Source: Gammaproteobacteria bacterium
GTDB taxonomy: Bacteria; Pseudomonadota; Gammaproteobacteria; JAJDYQ01
Reading direction: 5' to 3'
DNA: 44,154 nt
Assembly: GCA_026196145.1 (NCBI GenBank)
Contig: JAPHTU010000158.1
Coordinates: 1-44,154, forward strand
In this document: piece after piece, positions 10,966 through 22,459 of the stretch
Position numbering within the stretch: position 1 is the first letter of the stretch
Layout: each line of letters opens with the position of its first letter
Notes under the pieces: model-generated
Told to the model about the DNA's origin: nothing
Databases searched by the model: none
The model's input: only the letters and a program-made list of their open reading frames with translations
Made by a program: the position numbers and the translations under genes

Positions 10966-10987
10966 TCAGCACTCATTGGAATAATTA

Positions 10988-13282
10988 ATGAAAACAATAA
11001 GTTATAAGATTATCTTAATGTTATTTATATGCATGGGGTTGATGCATAATGTCTACGCGGCAACGTTTGTAGTAGAAGATATTCGTGTGGAAGGTATCCA
11101 GCGCATATCGGCGGGTACCGTGTTTACTTATCTGCCGGTGAAGGTCGGCGATGAATTCAGTGAGTCTCAATATGCAGAGACTATTCGTGCTGTATATAAA
11201 AGCGGTTATTTCAACGATATCCGACTGGAAAGACAGGGTAATATCCTGATTGTATCCGTGCAGGAACGGCCAGCAATCGCCAGTATTACCTTTAGCGGTA
11301 ACAAGGAATTCGATAATGATGAACTGAAAGTGGCGCTGAAAGACATCGGTCTTGCGGAGGGTCGTGTCTACAATAAATCAGTCCTGGATAAGGTCGAGCA
11401 GGAGTTACGTCGGCAGTATTATAGCCATGGGAAGTATTCTGTCAGGATACAGTCCACTGTAACGCCGCTGGAGAGAAACCGTGTTGGTATTGGTGTCGAC
11501 GTATCCGAAGGTCTGGTCGCCAAGATCAAGGAAATCAATATCATTGGTAATGAAACCTATGACGAGGAAGAACTCAAGAAGCAGTTTGAATTGACTGTAC
11601 CTACCTGGTATTCATTTTTCTCCAAGGATGATCAGTATTCAAAACAGAAACTGGCCGCTGATCTGGAAAAATTGAGTTCCTACTACCTGGATCGTGGCTT
11701 CCTGAAATTCAATATAGATTCCACCCAGGTTTCCATTACACCTGATAAAAAAGACATCTACATCACCATTAATGTAACCGAAGGTGAGCAGTATTCCGTA
11801 GAAGAGGTAAAAATTTCCGGCAAACTGCTTTACCCCGATGATGAACTGTTCCGTTCCGTTCAGGTCCGCGCCGGTGATATTTTTTCAAGAAGGGCGATCG
11901 TAGCTAGTACCGATGCCCTGACCGACCTGATGGGCAATGATGGCTATGCCTTCGCCAACGTCAATGCGATCCCCGACCTGGACGAGGAAAAGAAAACGGT
12001 TTCCCTGACCTTTTTCATAGATCCTGGCCGTCGTATCTATGTGCGCCGCATTAATGTCGCGGGCAATTCCAGGACACGTGATGAAGTACTGCGACGCGAG
12101 ATGCGACAGATTGAAAATGCCTGGATGTCTACCAAGGACGTGGAACGTTCCAGAACCCGCCTGGAGCGTCTGGGTTATTTTACCGAAATTAATGTTGAAA
12201 CCCCGGCAGTGCCGGAAAACCCCGACCAGGTCGATGTGAATTTCTCTGTTACCGAGCAACCTTCAGGCCAATTGCTCGCAGGTATCGGCTATTCGCAGTC
12301 ACAGGGCTTTTTGCTAAATTCAAGTATTTCCCAGGATAATTTCCTGGGATCCGGTGTCAAGTTTGGGGTTAATTTCAGTACCAGTGAAGCGGATGAGGCC
12401 TATGGTATTAGCTACACCAATCCCTATTACACAACGGATGGTATTAGCCGGGGCTTTAGCATTCTATACCGCTCGCGAGATGGTGAGGAATTGGGTATTT
12501 CAGATTACACGACCGACGTTTTAAGCGGCAAACTGAACTACGGCTTTCCAATTTCCGAGACCAACACTATCTTTGTAAGCCTGGGTTATGAAAATCTGGA
12601 GCTCAAGCCTGCATTTGGCGCCCCAAGGGAAATCAGGCAATTTGTCGTCGATAACGGCGATACCTATGACAACGTTATCGCAACCGCTTCATGGGTCGAT
12701 GATAATCGAAATCGTAGCGCACTATTTGCGGATCGTGGTACCTATACTTCAATCAGTGGTGAGGTTTCTTCACCAGGTAGTGATCTGGAATACTATAAAA
12801 TCACCGCGCGTCATCAGCGATTTTTCCCATTGACAAGAAACTCGACACTATCACTCAATGGTGAAATCGGTTTCGGTGATGGCTATGGCGACCTTGACGA
12901 CCTGCCGTTTTACGAACACTATTTCGCCGGCGGTGTCTCTTCCGTACGAGGTTTTGAAGATAACAGCCTGGGCCCGAAAGACTCAACCGGCGAGCCCTTT
13001 GGTGGTGATTTCAGACTGGTTGCCAATGCCGAGGTTATTCTACCGATGCCGTTTGTCAGTAAAGATGACAAGGCCTGGCGGATGACGGCCTTTATGGATG
13101 CAGGTAACGTGTTCACAGAAGCCGGTGATTTTGACGCGGGTGACCTGCGCTACTCGGCTGGTCTTGGTGTCCGGTGGCTATCGCCCTTTGGACCGATCAA
13201 GGCCAGCTTTGCCGAACCGCTGAACGACAAAAGCGAAGACGACGTACAGAACTTCCAGTTTACCTTTGGCTCAACATTTTAA
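10988..13282 (+). CDS. bamA: Outer membrane protein assembly factor BamA
   Basis: 764 aa with a signal peptide. [13 protein letters not shown] marks the start of POTRA1, with repeated POTRA-like segments. C-terminal beta-barrel ends in ...FQFTFGSTF (terminal aromatic). Confidence 0.96.
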   Translation: MKTISYKIILMLFICMGLMHNVYAATFVVEDIRVEGIQRISAGTVFTYLPVKVGDEFSESQYAETIRAVYKSGYFNDIRLERQGNILIVSVQERPAIASITFSGNKEFDNDELKVALKDIGLAEGRVYNKSVLDKVEQELRRQYYSHGKYSVRIQSTVTPLERNRVGIGVDVSEGLVAKIKEINIIGNETYDEEELKKQFELTVPTWYSFFSKDDQYSKQKLAADLEKLSSYYLDRGFLKFNIDSTQVSITPDKKDIYITINVTEGEQYSVEEVKISGKLLYPDDELFRSVQVRAGDIFSRRAIVASTDALTDLMGNDGYAFANVNAIPDLDEEKKTVSLTFFIDPGRRIYVRRINVAGNSRTRDEVLRREMRQIENAWMSTKDVERSRTRLERLGYFTEINVETPAVPENPDQVDVNFSVTEQPSGQLLAGIGYSQSQGFLLNSSISQDNFLGSGVKFGVNFSTSEADEAYGISYTNPYYTTDGISRGFSILYRSRDGEELGISDYTTDVLSGKLNYGFPISETNTIFVSLGYENLELKPAFGAPREIRQFVVDNGDTYDNVIATASWVDDNRNRSALFADRGTYTSISGEVSSPGSDLEYYKITARHQRFFPLTRNSTLSLNGEIGFGDGYGDLDDLPFYEHYFAGGVSSVRGFEDNSLGPKDSTGEPFGGDFRLVANAEVILPMPFVSKDDKAWRMTAFMDAGNVFTEAGDFDAGDLRYSAGLGVRWLSPFGPIKASFAEPLNDKSEDDVQNFQFTFGSTF

Positions 13283-13317
13283 CTTTATATAATACCTAAG
13301 TGTATGGGAACGACCTA

Positions 13318-13845
13318 ATGAAGCATTCTTTGAAATACATCATCCTTGCCTTTGCATTCACAGTATTACCGTCTGTTGCCCTTGCGGAAGGCGCCAAGAT
13401 CGGATTTGTGAATGCAATCGTCCTGCTGGACAAGGCACCTCAGACCAAGGCCGCCAAGGAAAAAGTGGAGCGTGAATTCAAGGCCCGTGACAATCAGCTG
13501 GTCAATGCCCAGAAGGAATTACGCCGGGATGAGGAAAAGCTCAAGCGGGATGGTAGCACCATGTCTTCTGCAGACAGGCAGAAGCTTGAATCCAAGATTT
13601 CACGTCTTAAGCGTGAGTTAAAGCGTGATCTTACCGACTTCAGGGAAGACTTCTCGATCGCCCGTAACCGTGAAATGGGCAAGTTGCAGAAGCGTATCAA
13701 TGAAGCGATCGTGAAATTGGCAAAGGATGAAAAATACGACCTGATTGTGGGCGACTCGGTTGTCTATGCCAGTGACCGAATAGATATTACCGATAAAGTG
13801 ATCAAGATCCTGAAGGATAATTTCAAGAAAAACGCAGGTAAGTAA
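13318..13845 (+). CDS. skp: Periplasmic chaperone Skp (OmpH)
   Basis: MKHSLKYIILAFAFTVLPSVALA signal peptide, then a K/E/R-rich coiled-coil body. Lies between bamA and lpxD. I prefer the ATG at 13318 over the track's GTG at 13300. Confidence 0.9.
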   Translation: MKHSLKYIILAFAFTVLPSVALAEGAKIGFVNAIVLLDKAPQTKAAKEKVEREFKARDNQLVNAQKELRRDEEKLKRDGSTMSSADRQKLESKISRLKRELKRDLTDFREDFSIARNREMGKLQKRINEAIVKLAKDEKYDLIVGDSVVYASDRIDITDKVIKILKDNFKKNAGK

Positions 13846-13886
13846 TTGGCAAACGCTTCGCAAAATCTCTTTTTGGGCGGGTCTGT

Positions 13887-14912
13887 ATGAGCACATACCA
13901 GCTTGGGGATCTTGCGGAACGGTTTGATTGTCAATTGCATGGTGATGCAGACACCCGTATAGCCACTGTCTGTACGTTGCAAAGTGGCAAGCCGAATGCA
14001 ATCTCGTTCCTGGCCAACTCCAGGTATTATCCTCACCTGGCTTCAACAAAGGCTTCTGCGGTTATCCTGAAACCTGAAGATGTGAGCAAGTCACCCGTGC
14101 CAGCAATGGCTCACCACAACCCCTATGCCTGCTATGCAAGGGTAGCGGCCCTGCTTTCTCAGGAGCCTGTTCGACAGGTTTCGGATATACATCCCTCTTC
14201 GACTATCCATGAGACAGCTACGCTGGGGGCGAACGTAACAATTGGGCCAAATTGCTTCATTGATGAAAATGTCACTGTTGGTGACAACTGTTATATAGGG
14301 CCTAATATCGTCATATCTAGGGGTGTACAGATCGGCGAAGCCGGTATATTACATTCCAATATTTCTGTGTACCGGGACTGTGTGATTGGAAAACGCGCCA
14401 TTCTGCATGCTGGTGTAGTGATCGGTGCGGATGGTTTCGGCATAGCACAGGACAATGGTGAATGGGTTAAAGTGCCTCAACTGGGGCGGGTTGTTATTGG
14501 TGATGACGTTGAGATAGGTGCCAGTACCACAGTGGACAGGGGTGCCATTGAAGACACCGTTATTGAGGATGGCGTCAAACTGGATAACCAGATCCAGATT
14601 GGACACAATGTGCGTATAGGTGCGCATACCGCGATTGCCGGTTGTTCAGGCGTTGCAGGCAGTGCAATCATTGGCAAGCGCTGTACTATTGGTGGCATGG
14701 CTGTGGTACTCGGGCACCTGGAAATGGCAGATGATGTCCATATTACTGCCCAGTCAATGGTAACCAAATCCATTAAAGAGCCTGGTGTCTATTCATCCAG
14801 TACGCCACTTCAGCCAAATAGACAATGGCGTAGAAATTATGCCCGCATTGGTCAACTGGATGAAATAGCAAAAAGATTAAGCAAGTTCGAAAAAACGATT
14901 AAAAAGAAATAG
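13887..14912 (+). CDS. lpxD: UDP-3-O-(3-hydroxyacyl)glucosamine N-acyltransferase
   Basis: 341 aa with left-handed beta-helix hexapeptide repeats (IGxxxxIGxN...). Sits at the skp-lpxD-fabZ position. Confidence 0.94.
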   Translation: MSTYQLGDLAERFDCQLHGDADTRIATVCTLQSGKPNAISFLANSRYYPHLASTKASAVILKPEDVSKSPVPAMAHHNPYACYARVAALLSQEPVRQVSDIHPSSTIHETATLGANVTIGPNCFIDENVTVGDNCYIGPNIVISRGVQIGEAGILHSNISVYRDCVIGKRAILHAGVVIGADGFGIAQDNGEWVKVPQLGRVVIGDDVEIGASTTVDRGAIEDTVIEDGVKLDNQIQIGHNVRIGAHTAIAGCSGVAGSAIIGKRCTIGGMAVVLGHLEMADDVHITAQSMVTKSIKEPGVYSSSTPLQPNRQWRRNYARIGQLDEIAKRLSKFEKTIKKK

Positions 14913-14940
14913 CCAAGCGGCTGTCTGATTGAGGTGTCAT

Positions 14941-15381
14941 GTGAGTGAGATGTACATAGAAGAAATTAAATCCTTATTACCCCATCGTTACCCCTTCCTG
15001 CTGGTCGACAGGGTACTGGAAATCATTCCTGGCGAATCACTGACGGCCATCAAGAATATTACGGTTAATGAACCCCAGTTTCCGGGCCATTTCCCGCAAC
15101 AGCCCATTATGCCGGGTGTATTAATGGTAGAGGCAATGGCACAGGCTGCAGGCATACTGGCATTTAAGACCGACAATATTGTGCCGGGAGAAGACTCAAC
15201 CTACTATCTTGCCGGGGTCGATAAAACACGATTCAAAAGACCTGTTGTACCCGGAGATCAGCTGCGTATGGAGATCAAGCTACTGAAATCCAAGCGTGGT
15301 ATCTGGGTATTCGAGGGCAAGGCCTATGTTGATGATCAGCTGGCAGTGACAACAGAGCTGATGTGTACCGTTAAGGGCTAG
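14941..15381 (+). CDS. fabZ: 3-hydroxyacyl-ACP dehydratase FabZ
   Basis: [14 protein letters not shown]...FPGHFP...[14 protein letters not shown] motifs. The start is uncertain: GTG 14941 has GAGG 6 nt upstream, and the alternatives are TTG 14929 or ATG 14950. Confidence 0.93.
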   Translation: MSEMYIEEIKSLLPHRYPFLLVDRVLEIIPGESLTAIKNITVNEPQFPGHFPQQPIMPGVLMVEAMAQAAGILAFKTDNIVPGEDSTYYLAGVDKTRFKRPVVPGDQLRMEIKLLKSKRGIWVFEGKAYVDDQLAVTTELMCTVKG

Positions 15382-15406
15382 ATAACATCTCTTGTAAGGT
15401 TTCATA

Positions 15407-16177
15407 ATGATTCATCCCAGCGCCATCATTGATCCATCTGCCCAATTGGCAGATGATGTTGAGGTAGGTCCATACAGTATTATCGGCGCCAATGTCGAGA
15501 TAGATGCAGGTACCTGGATTGGACCACACGTAGTTATCAATGGCCCGACAAGAATAGGCAAGCAAAACAGGATCTATCAATTCTCATCACTGGGTGACGC
15601 ACCACAGGATAAAAAATATGCCGGTGAAGAGACCACGCTTGAAATAGGTGACCGCAACGTTATTCGTGAGTATTGCACTTTCAATCGAGGCACCACGCAG
15701 GATGTTGGTGTTACCCGGCTGGGTAATGATAACTGGATAATGGCGTATGTACATCTGGCACATGATTGCCAGGTCGGTAATGATACGATCTTTGCCAATG
15801 GTGCTACATTGGCCGGCCATGTCGAGGTTGAAGACAAGGTTATATTTGGTGCATTTACCGTCATACATCAATTCTGCCGTGTGGGTTACCATGCCTTTTC
15901 CGGCATGGGTACGGTAATCAAGGCTGATGTCCCACCCTATACCATGCTCAATGGTAATCCAGCCGAACCACACGGGATCAATCTCGAGGGTCTGAAGCGA
16001 TCCGGCATGACTAAGGAACAGATCAAGGCACTGCGTGATGCCTATAAAATAATATATAAATCAGGTAACCGGCTACAGGAAGCAATTGAACAACTGGATG
16101 AATTATCCATACAGTTCGATGTCGTTAAACGCCTGCCTGATTTCCTGCGTCAGTCGTCACGTGGCATCATCAGATAA
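15407..16177 (+). CDS. lpxA: Acyl-ACP--UDP-GlcNAc O-acyltransferase
   Basis: MIHPSAIIDPSAQLADDVEVGPYSIIG, hexapeptide repeats, and a helical C-terminal domain. Confidence 0.95.
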   Translation: MIHPSAIIDPSAQLADDVEVGPYSIIGANVEIDAGTWIGPHVVINGPTRIGKQNRIYQFSSLGDAPQDKKYAGEETTLEIGDRNVIREYCTFNRGTTQDVGVTRLGNDNWIMAYVHLAHDCQVGNDTIFANGATLAGHVEVEDKVIFGAFTVIHQFCRVGYHAFSGMGTVIKADVPPYTMLNGNPAEPHGINLEGLKRSGMTKEQIKALRDAYKIIYKSGNRLQEAIEQLDELSIQFDVVKRLPDFLRQSSRGIIR

Positions 16178-16201
16178 CGTTTTCTATCGATTAAAATTGA
16201 T

Positions 16202-17338
16202 ATGAAAACTATCGCGATTGTTGCTGGTGAGGTTTCTGGAGATTACCTGGCAGCCAGCCTGATCCGTGAACTCAAGGCGCAGATACCAGATATCAGGTTT
16301 TATGGTATTGCCGGTCCTCAAATGATTGAAGCTGGCTGCGAGATGCACTATCCAGCTGAAAAACTGGCGGTGATGGGATTTGCCGAGGCAATTGGTCGCC
16401 TACGTGAAATCTATGCAATTCGTAGAAAATTCCGGCGCTACTGCATGGAAAATCCACCCGATTTATTTATCGGTGTCGATGCACCTGACTTTAACCTCTC
16501 GCTTGAGGAGAAGTTACGCCAGGCCGGTATTAAAACCATACATTATGTCAGCCCCTCGGTCTGGGCCTGGCGCGCGGAGCGTATTCACAAGATCAAGCGG
16601 GCCGTAGACCGGATACTGACATTATTTCCATTCGAAGCGGAATTTTACCGACGCAATAATGTGCCCGTCAGCTATGTTGGACACCCGCTTGCAGATATTA
16701 TCCCAATTGAGCCGGACCAGCAGGCCGCCAGAGAGTCTCTCGGGCTGCCACTGGATTCAAGGATAATTGGAGTTCTGCCAGGCAGTAGGAAAACCGAGGT
16801 AGAAAAGATCGGACCGATATTTTGTAAGGCCGCAGCCCAATGCAAGACACAGAATACTGACCTGGTTTTTGCGGCTCCCATGGCAACACCGGCCATACGA
16901 GCCATGTTTGAAGCCATGTTGGCACACTTAATCCCGGAGATTAAGGTCAGCTTGTATGATGGTCAGGCACGCGAGGTCATGACCGCATCTGACGTTATCA
17001 TGGTGGCATCAGGTACCGCGACACTGGAGGCATTGTTATGCAAGCGCCCAATGGTCGTTGCCTATAAAATGGCTTCATCTACCTGGTGGTATATGAAACG
17101 TAAATTAATTGTCGATCGTTATGCATTACCCAATCACCTGGCAGACCGTGATGTCGCATTGGAGCTATACCAGGAAGATGCCCGTCCGGAATTAATCGCG
17201 GCGGAAGTAACACGCCTGCTGAATTCGCCGGAAGAAGTGAAACAGCTGAAACATCAATTCACACAGATCCATGAAACCTTGCGCTGTAATGCCAGCCAAC
17301 AGGCGGCCAATGCCGTGATCGAGGTTCTTGAACAATGA
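16202..17338 (+). CDS. lpxB: Lipid-A-disaccharide synthase
   Basis: [22 protein letters not shown]...[10 protein letters not shown]...GTATLEA motifs, downstream of lpxA. Confidence 0.94.
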   Translation: MKTIAIVAGEVSGDYLAASLIRELKAQIPDIRFYGIAGPQMIEAGCEMHYPAEKLAVMGFAEAIGRLREIYAIRRKFRRYCMENPPDLFIGVDAPDFNLSLEEKLRQAGIKTIHYVSPSVWAWRAERIHKIKRAVDRILTLFPFEAEFYRRNNVPVSYVGHPLADIIPIEPDQQAARESLGLPLDSRIIGVLPGSRKTEVEKIGPIFCKAAAQCKTQNTDLVFAAPMATPAIRAMFEAMLAHLIPEIKVSLYDGQAREVMTASDVIMVASGTATLEALLCKRPMVVAYKMASSTWWYMKRKLIVDRYALPNHLADRDVALELYQEDARPELIAAEVTRLLNSPEEVKQLKHQFTQIHETLRCNASQQAANAVIEVLEQ

Positions 17339-17922
17339 CCGTGCAACAATATAGTCAGTTTATTGCCGGTGTTGATGAAGTAGGCAGGGGTCCGCTCGCT
17401 GGTCCGGTTATAGCGGCTGCGGTCATTCTTGATCCTGATAATCAGATTGATGGCCTGCGGGATTCCAAAAAGCTGACAGAAAAAAGGCGCCAACAGCTCA
17501 GTGTCATCATTCAGGAGCGTGCCGCCAGTTTTGCCTTTGGCCGCGCCGAGGTTGAAGAGATTGATGAACTGAATATTTTACATGCCAGCCTGCTCGCCAT
17601 GCAACGTGCAGTACTTGCATTGCATATCCAGCCTGATCACGCGCTGGTCGATGGCAACCGTGCGCCTGCATTAAGTTGCAGTGTTACCACAATCATCAAG
17701 GGTGATGACAAGGAAGACGCGATTGCGGCGGCATCGATTATCGCCAAGGTCAAGCGTGACCAGGAAATGCTGGATTTACATCAGTCCTTCCCTGACTACG
17801 GCTTTGACCGGCATAAGGGTTACCCGACCAGGCTGCATATTCAGGCACTGCAACAACATGGCGTTACCATCCATCACCGGCGTAGTTTTCGTCCGGTAAG
17901 GGAGGCACTGTCCGGTAACTAA
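17335..17922 (+). CDS. rnhB: Ribonuclease HII
   Basis: [23 protein letters not shown]...DSKKL motifs. ATGA overlap with lpxB. Confidence 0.94.
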   Translation: MTVQQYSQFIAGVDEVGRGPLAGPVIAAAVILDPDNQIDGLRDSKKLTEKRRQQLSVIIQERAASFAFGRAEVEEIDELNILHASLLAMQRAVLALHIQPDHALVDGNRAPALSCSVTTIIKGDDKEDAIAAASIIAKVKRDQEMLDLHQSFPDYGFDRHKGYPTRLHIQALQQHGVTIHHRRSFRPVREALSGN

Positions 17923-17936
17923 CCGGATAGCAGGCC

Positions 17937-20900
17937 ATGGCATTCGTTCACCTTCATCTGCATACCGAATTCTCACTGGTAGACGGTATCTGTCGTGTTA
18001 AACCGCTGCTAAAGCAGGCCGCAGAGTTGAAAATGCCGGCCCTGGCGGTAACCGACCTGTCAAACATGTTTGCCATGGTCAAGTTTTACAAGGCGGCAAG
18101 GGCCGCCGGGGTCAAGCCAATTATCGGAGTTGAATGCCTGGTCAGAGATGATGCACAGCCGGATGCTACCTCGCGACTGGTTCTGCTCAGCCAGAACATC
18201 GATGGTTATCACAACCTCACTCGACTGGTCAGTCAGAGTTATCTTGAAGGACAGGTGCATGGACAACCAACAGTCACCCGGGCCTGGGTTACACAGCACG
18301 CGGATGGACTGATTGCATTGTCCGGTGGTCCGGAAGGTGACATCGGCAGGGCCCTGGTTAATGAGAATCAGGCGGAGGCCGAGCGTTTGTTAGCTGAATG
18401 GAAAGATATCTTTCCACAACGATTTTATCTGGAATTGATACGTACAGGCAGGGCAGCGGAAGAAGAATGCCTGCATGCAAGTGTCCATCTGGCACAACAG
18501 ATGGATGTGCCAGTGGTGGCGACAAATGACGTACGCTTCCTGAATGTTACCGATTATGAAGCCCATGAGGCACGTGTATGTATCGGTGAGGGTCGGGTAC
18601 TGGATGACCCTCGCAGGCCAAAGAATTACTCGTCACAGCAATACCTTCGTTCAGCGGAAGAGATGGAAGAACTTTTCTCTGACCTGCCGGAAGCCATTGA
18701 GAACACACAACTGATTGCACAACGTTGCAACCTCGAATTAAAGCTGGGTGAGAACTTCCTGCCTAATTTTCCGATCCCCGGTGGCCTGTCGACGGAAGAA
18801 TATTTTATTGCACAGTCGCGTGAAGGATTGCAGCAAAGGCTGACTTTCCTGAAAGAAACAAACGCATTACATGAAGACGAGTCTGTCTACCATGAACGTC
18901 TGCAGATCGAGCTGGATGTGATCCTGAATATGGGGTTCCCGGGCTACTTCCTGATTGTTGCCGACTTCATTAGCTGGTCTAAACAGAATGGCGTGCCTGT
19001 TGGTCCGGGCAGGGGTTCCGGTGCCGGCTCCCTGGTCGCCTATGCACTCGGTATTACAGACCTTGATCCTATCTTTCATGAATTACTGTTCGAGCGGTTT
19101 CTGAATCCGGAACGGGTTTCCATGCCTGACTTCGACATCGACTTCTGTATGGAGGGTCGAGACCGGGTCATTGATTATGTATCGCGACGTTACGGTAGTG
19201 ACAAGGTTTCACAGATTATTACCTATGGCACCATGGCAGCACGAGGAGTTGTACGTGATGTCAGCCGTGTGATGGGGCACCCGTACGGCTTTGCTGATCG
19301 ACTGGCCAAACTGATTCCGTTCGAGATCGGCATGACCTTGACCCAGGCGCTGGAGGATGAGGAAGAACTACGTAAGTTATACAATGAAGACGATGACGTG
19401 CGCGCAGTGATTGATCTGGCCAAATCTCTCGAGGGTACAGCGCGTAATGCGGGCAAGCACGCCGGCGGTGTCGTTATCTCACCATCTGTACTGACCGACT
19501 TTACACCGCTGTACTGTGAAGAAGGTGGTGGCAACCTGGTCACGCAGCTGGATAAGGATGATGTTGAATCCGTCGGGCTGGTAAAATTTGACTTTCTGGG
19601 ACTGCGCACCCTGACCATAATCGACTGGGCAATCAGCAATGTGACCTTGTTGACAGGCGAAGCCATTGATATCAGTCGTATTGCCGATGATGATGTTGAT
19701 GCATTCAACCTGCTAAAGGCCTGTAATACCACGGCCGTTTTCCAGCTGGAATCACGCGGCATGAAAGACCTGATCAAGCGTCTGCAACCGGATTGTTTTG
19801 AAGATATCGTTGCATTGGTTGCACTATTTCGTCCCGGGCCACTGCAGTCCGGCATGGTTGATGATTTTATTGATCGCAAGCACGGGCGTGCACGCGTTGA
19901 ATATCCACACCCTGACCTGGAGCCAATTCTCAAGCCGACCTATGGCGTTATCCTGTATCAGGAACAGGTCATGCAGATCGCGCAGGTACTGGCCGGATAT
20001 ACGCTGGGTGGTGCCGATATGCTACGGCGTGCCATGGGTAAAAAGAAACCCGAGGAAATGGCAAAGCAGCGTGAGATATTCACCAAGGGGGCTCTGACCA
20101 GGGATGTCGATGAAAAGGTTGCGACCTACATTTTCGACCTCATGGAAAAGTTCGCTGGATACGGCTTTAACAAGTCACACTCCGCGGCCTATGCATTACT
20201 GTCCTATCAAACCGCCTGGTTAAAATCCAAATACCCTGCCGCCTTCATGTCTGCCGTGTTATCGGCAGATATGGATAACACAGACAAGGTCGTTACACTG
20301 GTAAACGAATGTCGTGAAATGGGTCTGGAGATATTGCCGCCCAATGTCAACCAGTCTGATTACAAATTTACGCCACTGGATGATAAAACCATCGTCTATG
20401 GTCTGGGTGCCATCAAGGGCGTGGGCGAGGGCGCCATTGAAAACATTACAGACGAACGCAAGGCATCCGGATCCTACGATGATCTTTCGAATTTATGTAT
20501 TCGCTGCGATATGCGTAAGCTCAATCGCCGTGTTTTACAGGCATTAATACAGGCCGGTGCCACGGACAGCCTTGATGTTAACCGTGCCGCATTACTGGCC
20601 AATCTGGATTCGGTTTTACAACTGGCCGACCAGCATGAAAAAAATAATGAAACCGGACAGGACGACATGTTTGGTCTGATGAGCGAACCGGTTGCGCCGG
20701 CACCAGGCCAACTAGCAAGCAATGTACCGGTTTGGACTGATGAACAACGTCTGACGGCAGAAAAAGAGGCGCTCGGCCTGTATCTGACCGGACACCCGAT
20801 CGACCGCTTTGAAGAAGACGTAAATCAGATCACCACGCACCGCCTGAATGAGATTAATGCCCTGGTTCAGGCAGAACCATCAAATTCAAAATACAATAAT

Positions 20901-21407
20901 ACGAAAACTGCCAGAGTTGCAGGTTTGATCAGCGGTATCCAGATGCGCAATACACGGCGTGGCCGCATGGCAAATATTGAGCTGGATGATAAAACCGGGC
21001 GCCTTGAGATCACCCTGTTCAACGAGGCGCTGGAAAGCTTTGGTCAATACCTGGGCAAGGACAACCTGATTCTGGTCGAGGGCGATCTCGGCGTAGATCA
21101 CTATTCCGGTAATATGCGCCTTACCGCAAAAAAGATCATGACCATTGAACAGGCAAGGTCTCAATATGCACGTTATCTGATGCTGAACCTCCAGCAGGGA
21201 CAGGTAAATAAAAACTTTCTGCAAACCCTGATGAATACCATGCAACCTTATCGTCCCGGGCGCTGCCCGGTACAGGGGTTTTACATGAATGACAACGCAA
21301 CGACACCGCTGCCATTTGGCGATGACTGGCGACTGAATCCGGCAGAATCACTGATTGATTCCCTGCAAAATTTGATCGGGAATGATAATGTACGCCTGAT
21401 CTACTAG
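17937..21407 (+). CDS. dnaE: DNA polymerase III alpha subunit
   Basis: 1156 aa. FVHLHLHTEFSLVDG is the PHP domain start. GRGSGAGSLVAYALGITDLDP and PDFDIDF mark the palm, and an OB-fold lies at the C-terminus. Confidence 0.97.
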   Translation: MAFVHLHLHTEFSLVDGICRVKPLLKQAAELKMPALAVTDLSNMFAMVKFYKAARAAGVKPIIGVECLVRDDAQPDATSRLVLLSQNIDGYHNLTRLVSQSYLEGQVHGQPTVTRAWVTQHADGLIALSGGPEGDIGRALVNENQAEAERLLAEWKDIFPQRFYLELIRTGRAAEEECLHASVHLAQQMDVPVVATNDVRFLNVTDYEAHEARVCIGEGRVLDDPRRPKNYSSQQYLRSAEEMEELFSDLPEAIENTQLIAQRCNLELKLGENFLPNFPIPGGLSTEEYFIAQSREGLQQRLTFLKETNALHEDESVYHERLQIELDVILNMGFPGYFLIVADFISWSKQNGVPVGPGRGSGAGSLVAYALGITDLDPIFHELLFERFLNPERVSMPDFDIDFCMEGRDRVIDYVSRRYGSDKVSQIITYGTMAARGVVRDVSRVMGHPYGFADRLAKLIPFEIGMTLTQALEDEEELRKLYNEDDDVRAVIDLAKSLEGTARNAGKHAGGVVISPSVLTDFTPLYCEEGGGNLVTQLDKDDVESVGLVKFDFLGLRTLTIIDWAISNVTLLTGEAIDISRIADDDVDAFNLLKACNTTAVFQLESRGMKDLIKRLQPDCFEDIVALVALFRPGPLQSGMVDDFIDRKHGRARVEYPHPDLEPILKPTYGVILYQEQVMQIAQVLAGYTLGGADMLRRAMGKKKPEEMAKQREIFTKGALTRDVDEKVATYIFDLMEKFAGYGFNKSHSAAYALLSYQTAWLKSKYPAAFMSAVLSADMDNTDKVVTLVNECREMGLEILPPNVNQSDYKFTPLDDKTIVYGLGAIKGVGEGAIENITDERKASGSYDDLSNLCIRCDMRKLNRRVLQALIQAGATDSLDVNRAALLANLDSVLQLADQHEKNNETGQDDMFGLMSEPVAPAPGQLASNVPVWTDEQRLTAEKEALGLYLTGHPIDRFEEDVNQITTHRLNEINALVQAEPSNSKYNNTKTARVAGLISGIQMRNTRRGRMANIELDDKTGRLEITLFNEALESFGQYLGKDNLILVEGDLGVDHYSGNMRLTAKKIMTIEQARSQYARYLMLNLQQGQVNKNFLQTLMNTMQPYRPGRCPVQGFYMNDNATTPLPFGDDWRLNPAESLIDSLQNLIGNDNVRLIY

Positions 21408-21490
21408 ATTGACTTTACGACAACCCACACGACTACAGGCTATTTGTAATTAAAGTCGACTAACTTCATGTAATTTAGTATCTTTTTGTT

Positions 21491-22447
21491 ATGGATCTCA
21501 ACTATCTAGAATTTGAACAACCCATCGTCGAGCTGGACGAAAAAATCTCTGAGTTGGAAAACGTCAGTGAAGCTGGGGATATTAATATCGAAGAAGCGAT
21601 CAAGAGCCTGTGTTCTGAGCGTAAGGGCATGATTGAGCGCATCTTTTCGGATCTGACTGCCTGGCAGATATCACAGATGTCACGCCACCCGCAGCGACCC
21701 TATACGCAGGACTACATCAATCATGTTTTTACCGATTACCAGGAATTACATGGCGATAGAACCTATGCCGATGATCAGGCCATTATCGGTGGGCTGGCCC
21801 GACTGGATGGTCGCCCGGTGATGGTGATTGGCCACCAGAAAGGCCGTGACACCAACGAGAAGATCAAACGTAACTTCGGCATGCCTAGGCCTGAGGGCTA
21901 TCGCAAGGCACTACGCATGATGAAGCTGGCCGAAAAGTTCAGCCTGCCGGTTATAACCTTTATCGATACCCCCGGTGCCTATCCGGGTATCGGCGCCGAA
22001 GAACGCGGACAAAGTGAGGCAATCGCCAGGAATCTGCAGGAAATGGCGCAGCTCAAAGTACCGATTATTTGCACTGTTATTGGTGAGGGTGGCTCAGGTG
22101 GCGCATTGGCCATCGGTGTTGGAGATCGCCTGTACATGCTGAGCTTTAGCACCTATTCAGTCATTTCCCCGGAAGGCTGTGCGACCATTCTGTGGAAGAG
22201 CGCGGATAAGGCAGAAGATGCCGCCAGGGCCATGGGTATTACCGCAGACCGCCTTGAGGAATTGAAGCTCATCGATGAAGTGATTGAGGAGCCACTCGGT
22301 GGCGCACATCGTGACATCAAGGAGATGTCGCAGACACTCAAGAACACGCTTGCAAAGGCTCTCAGCGAACTGGAGCAGTTAAGTGTGGCGGACATGCTGG
22401 AGCAGCGCTATGCCCGCCTGATGAGCTACGGCGACTTTAAAGAGTAA
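21491..22447 (+). CDS. accA: Acetyl-CoA carboxylase carboxyltransferase alpha subunit
   Basis: [19 protein letters not shown]...[23 protein letters not shown]...[10 protein letters not shown]. Confidence 0.96.
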   Translation: MDLNYLEFEQPIVELDEKISELENVSEAGDINIEEAIKSLCSERKGMIERIFSDLTAWQISQMSRHPQRPYTQDYINHVFTDYQELHGDRTYADDQAIIGGLARLDGRPVMVIGHQKGRDTNEKIKRNFGMPRPEGYRKALRMMKLAEKFSLPVITFIDTPGAYPGIGAEERGQSEAIARNLQEMAQLKVPIICTVIGEGGSGGALAIGVGDRLYMLSFSTYSVISPEGCATILWKSADKAEDAARAMGITADRLEELKLIDEVIEEPLGGAHRDIKEMSQTLKNTLAKALSELEQLSVADMLEQRYARLMSYGDFKE

Positions 22448-22459
22448 TCTGGCCCGCAT

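Noticed and set aside
19223-19933. Long antisense ORFs inside well-supported genes. Examples are 236 aa opposite dnaE, 224 aa at 8218-8892 opposite cdsA/dxr, 180 aa at 5637-6179 opposite pyrH, 192 aa at 23923-24501 opposite pyrG, and 154 aa at 6756-7220.
   Set aside because: Each lies wholly within a strongly conserved gene on the other strand. Their compositions are Ser/Arg/Ala-rich and low in complexity, typical of shadow frames, and I saw no motifs or plausible RBS.
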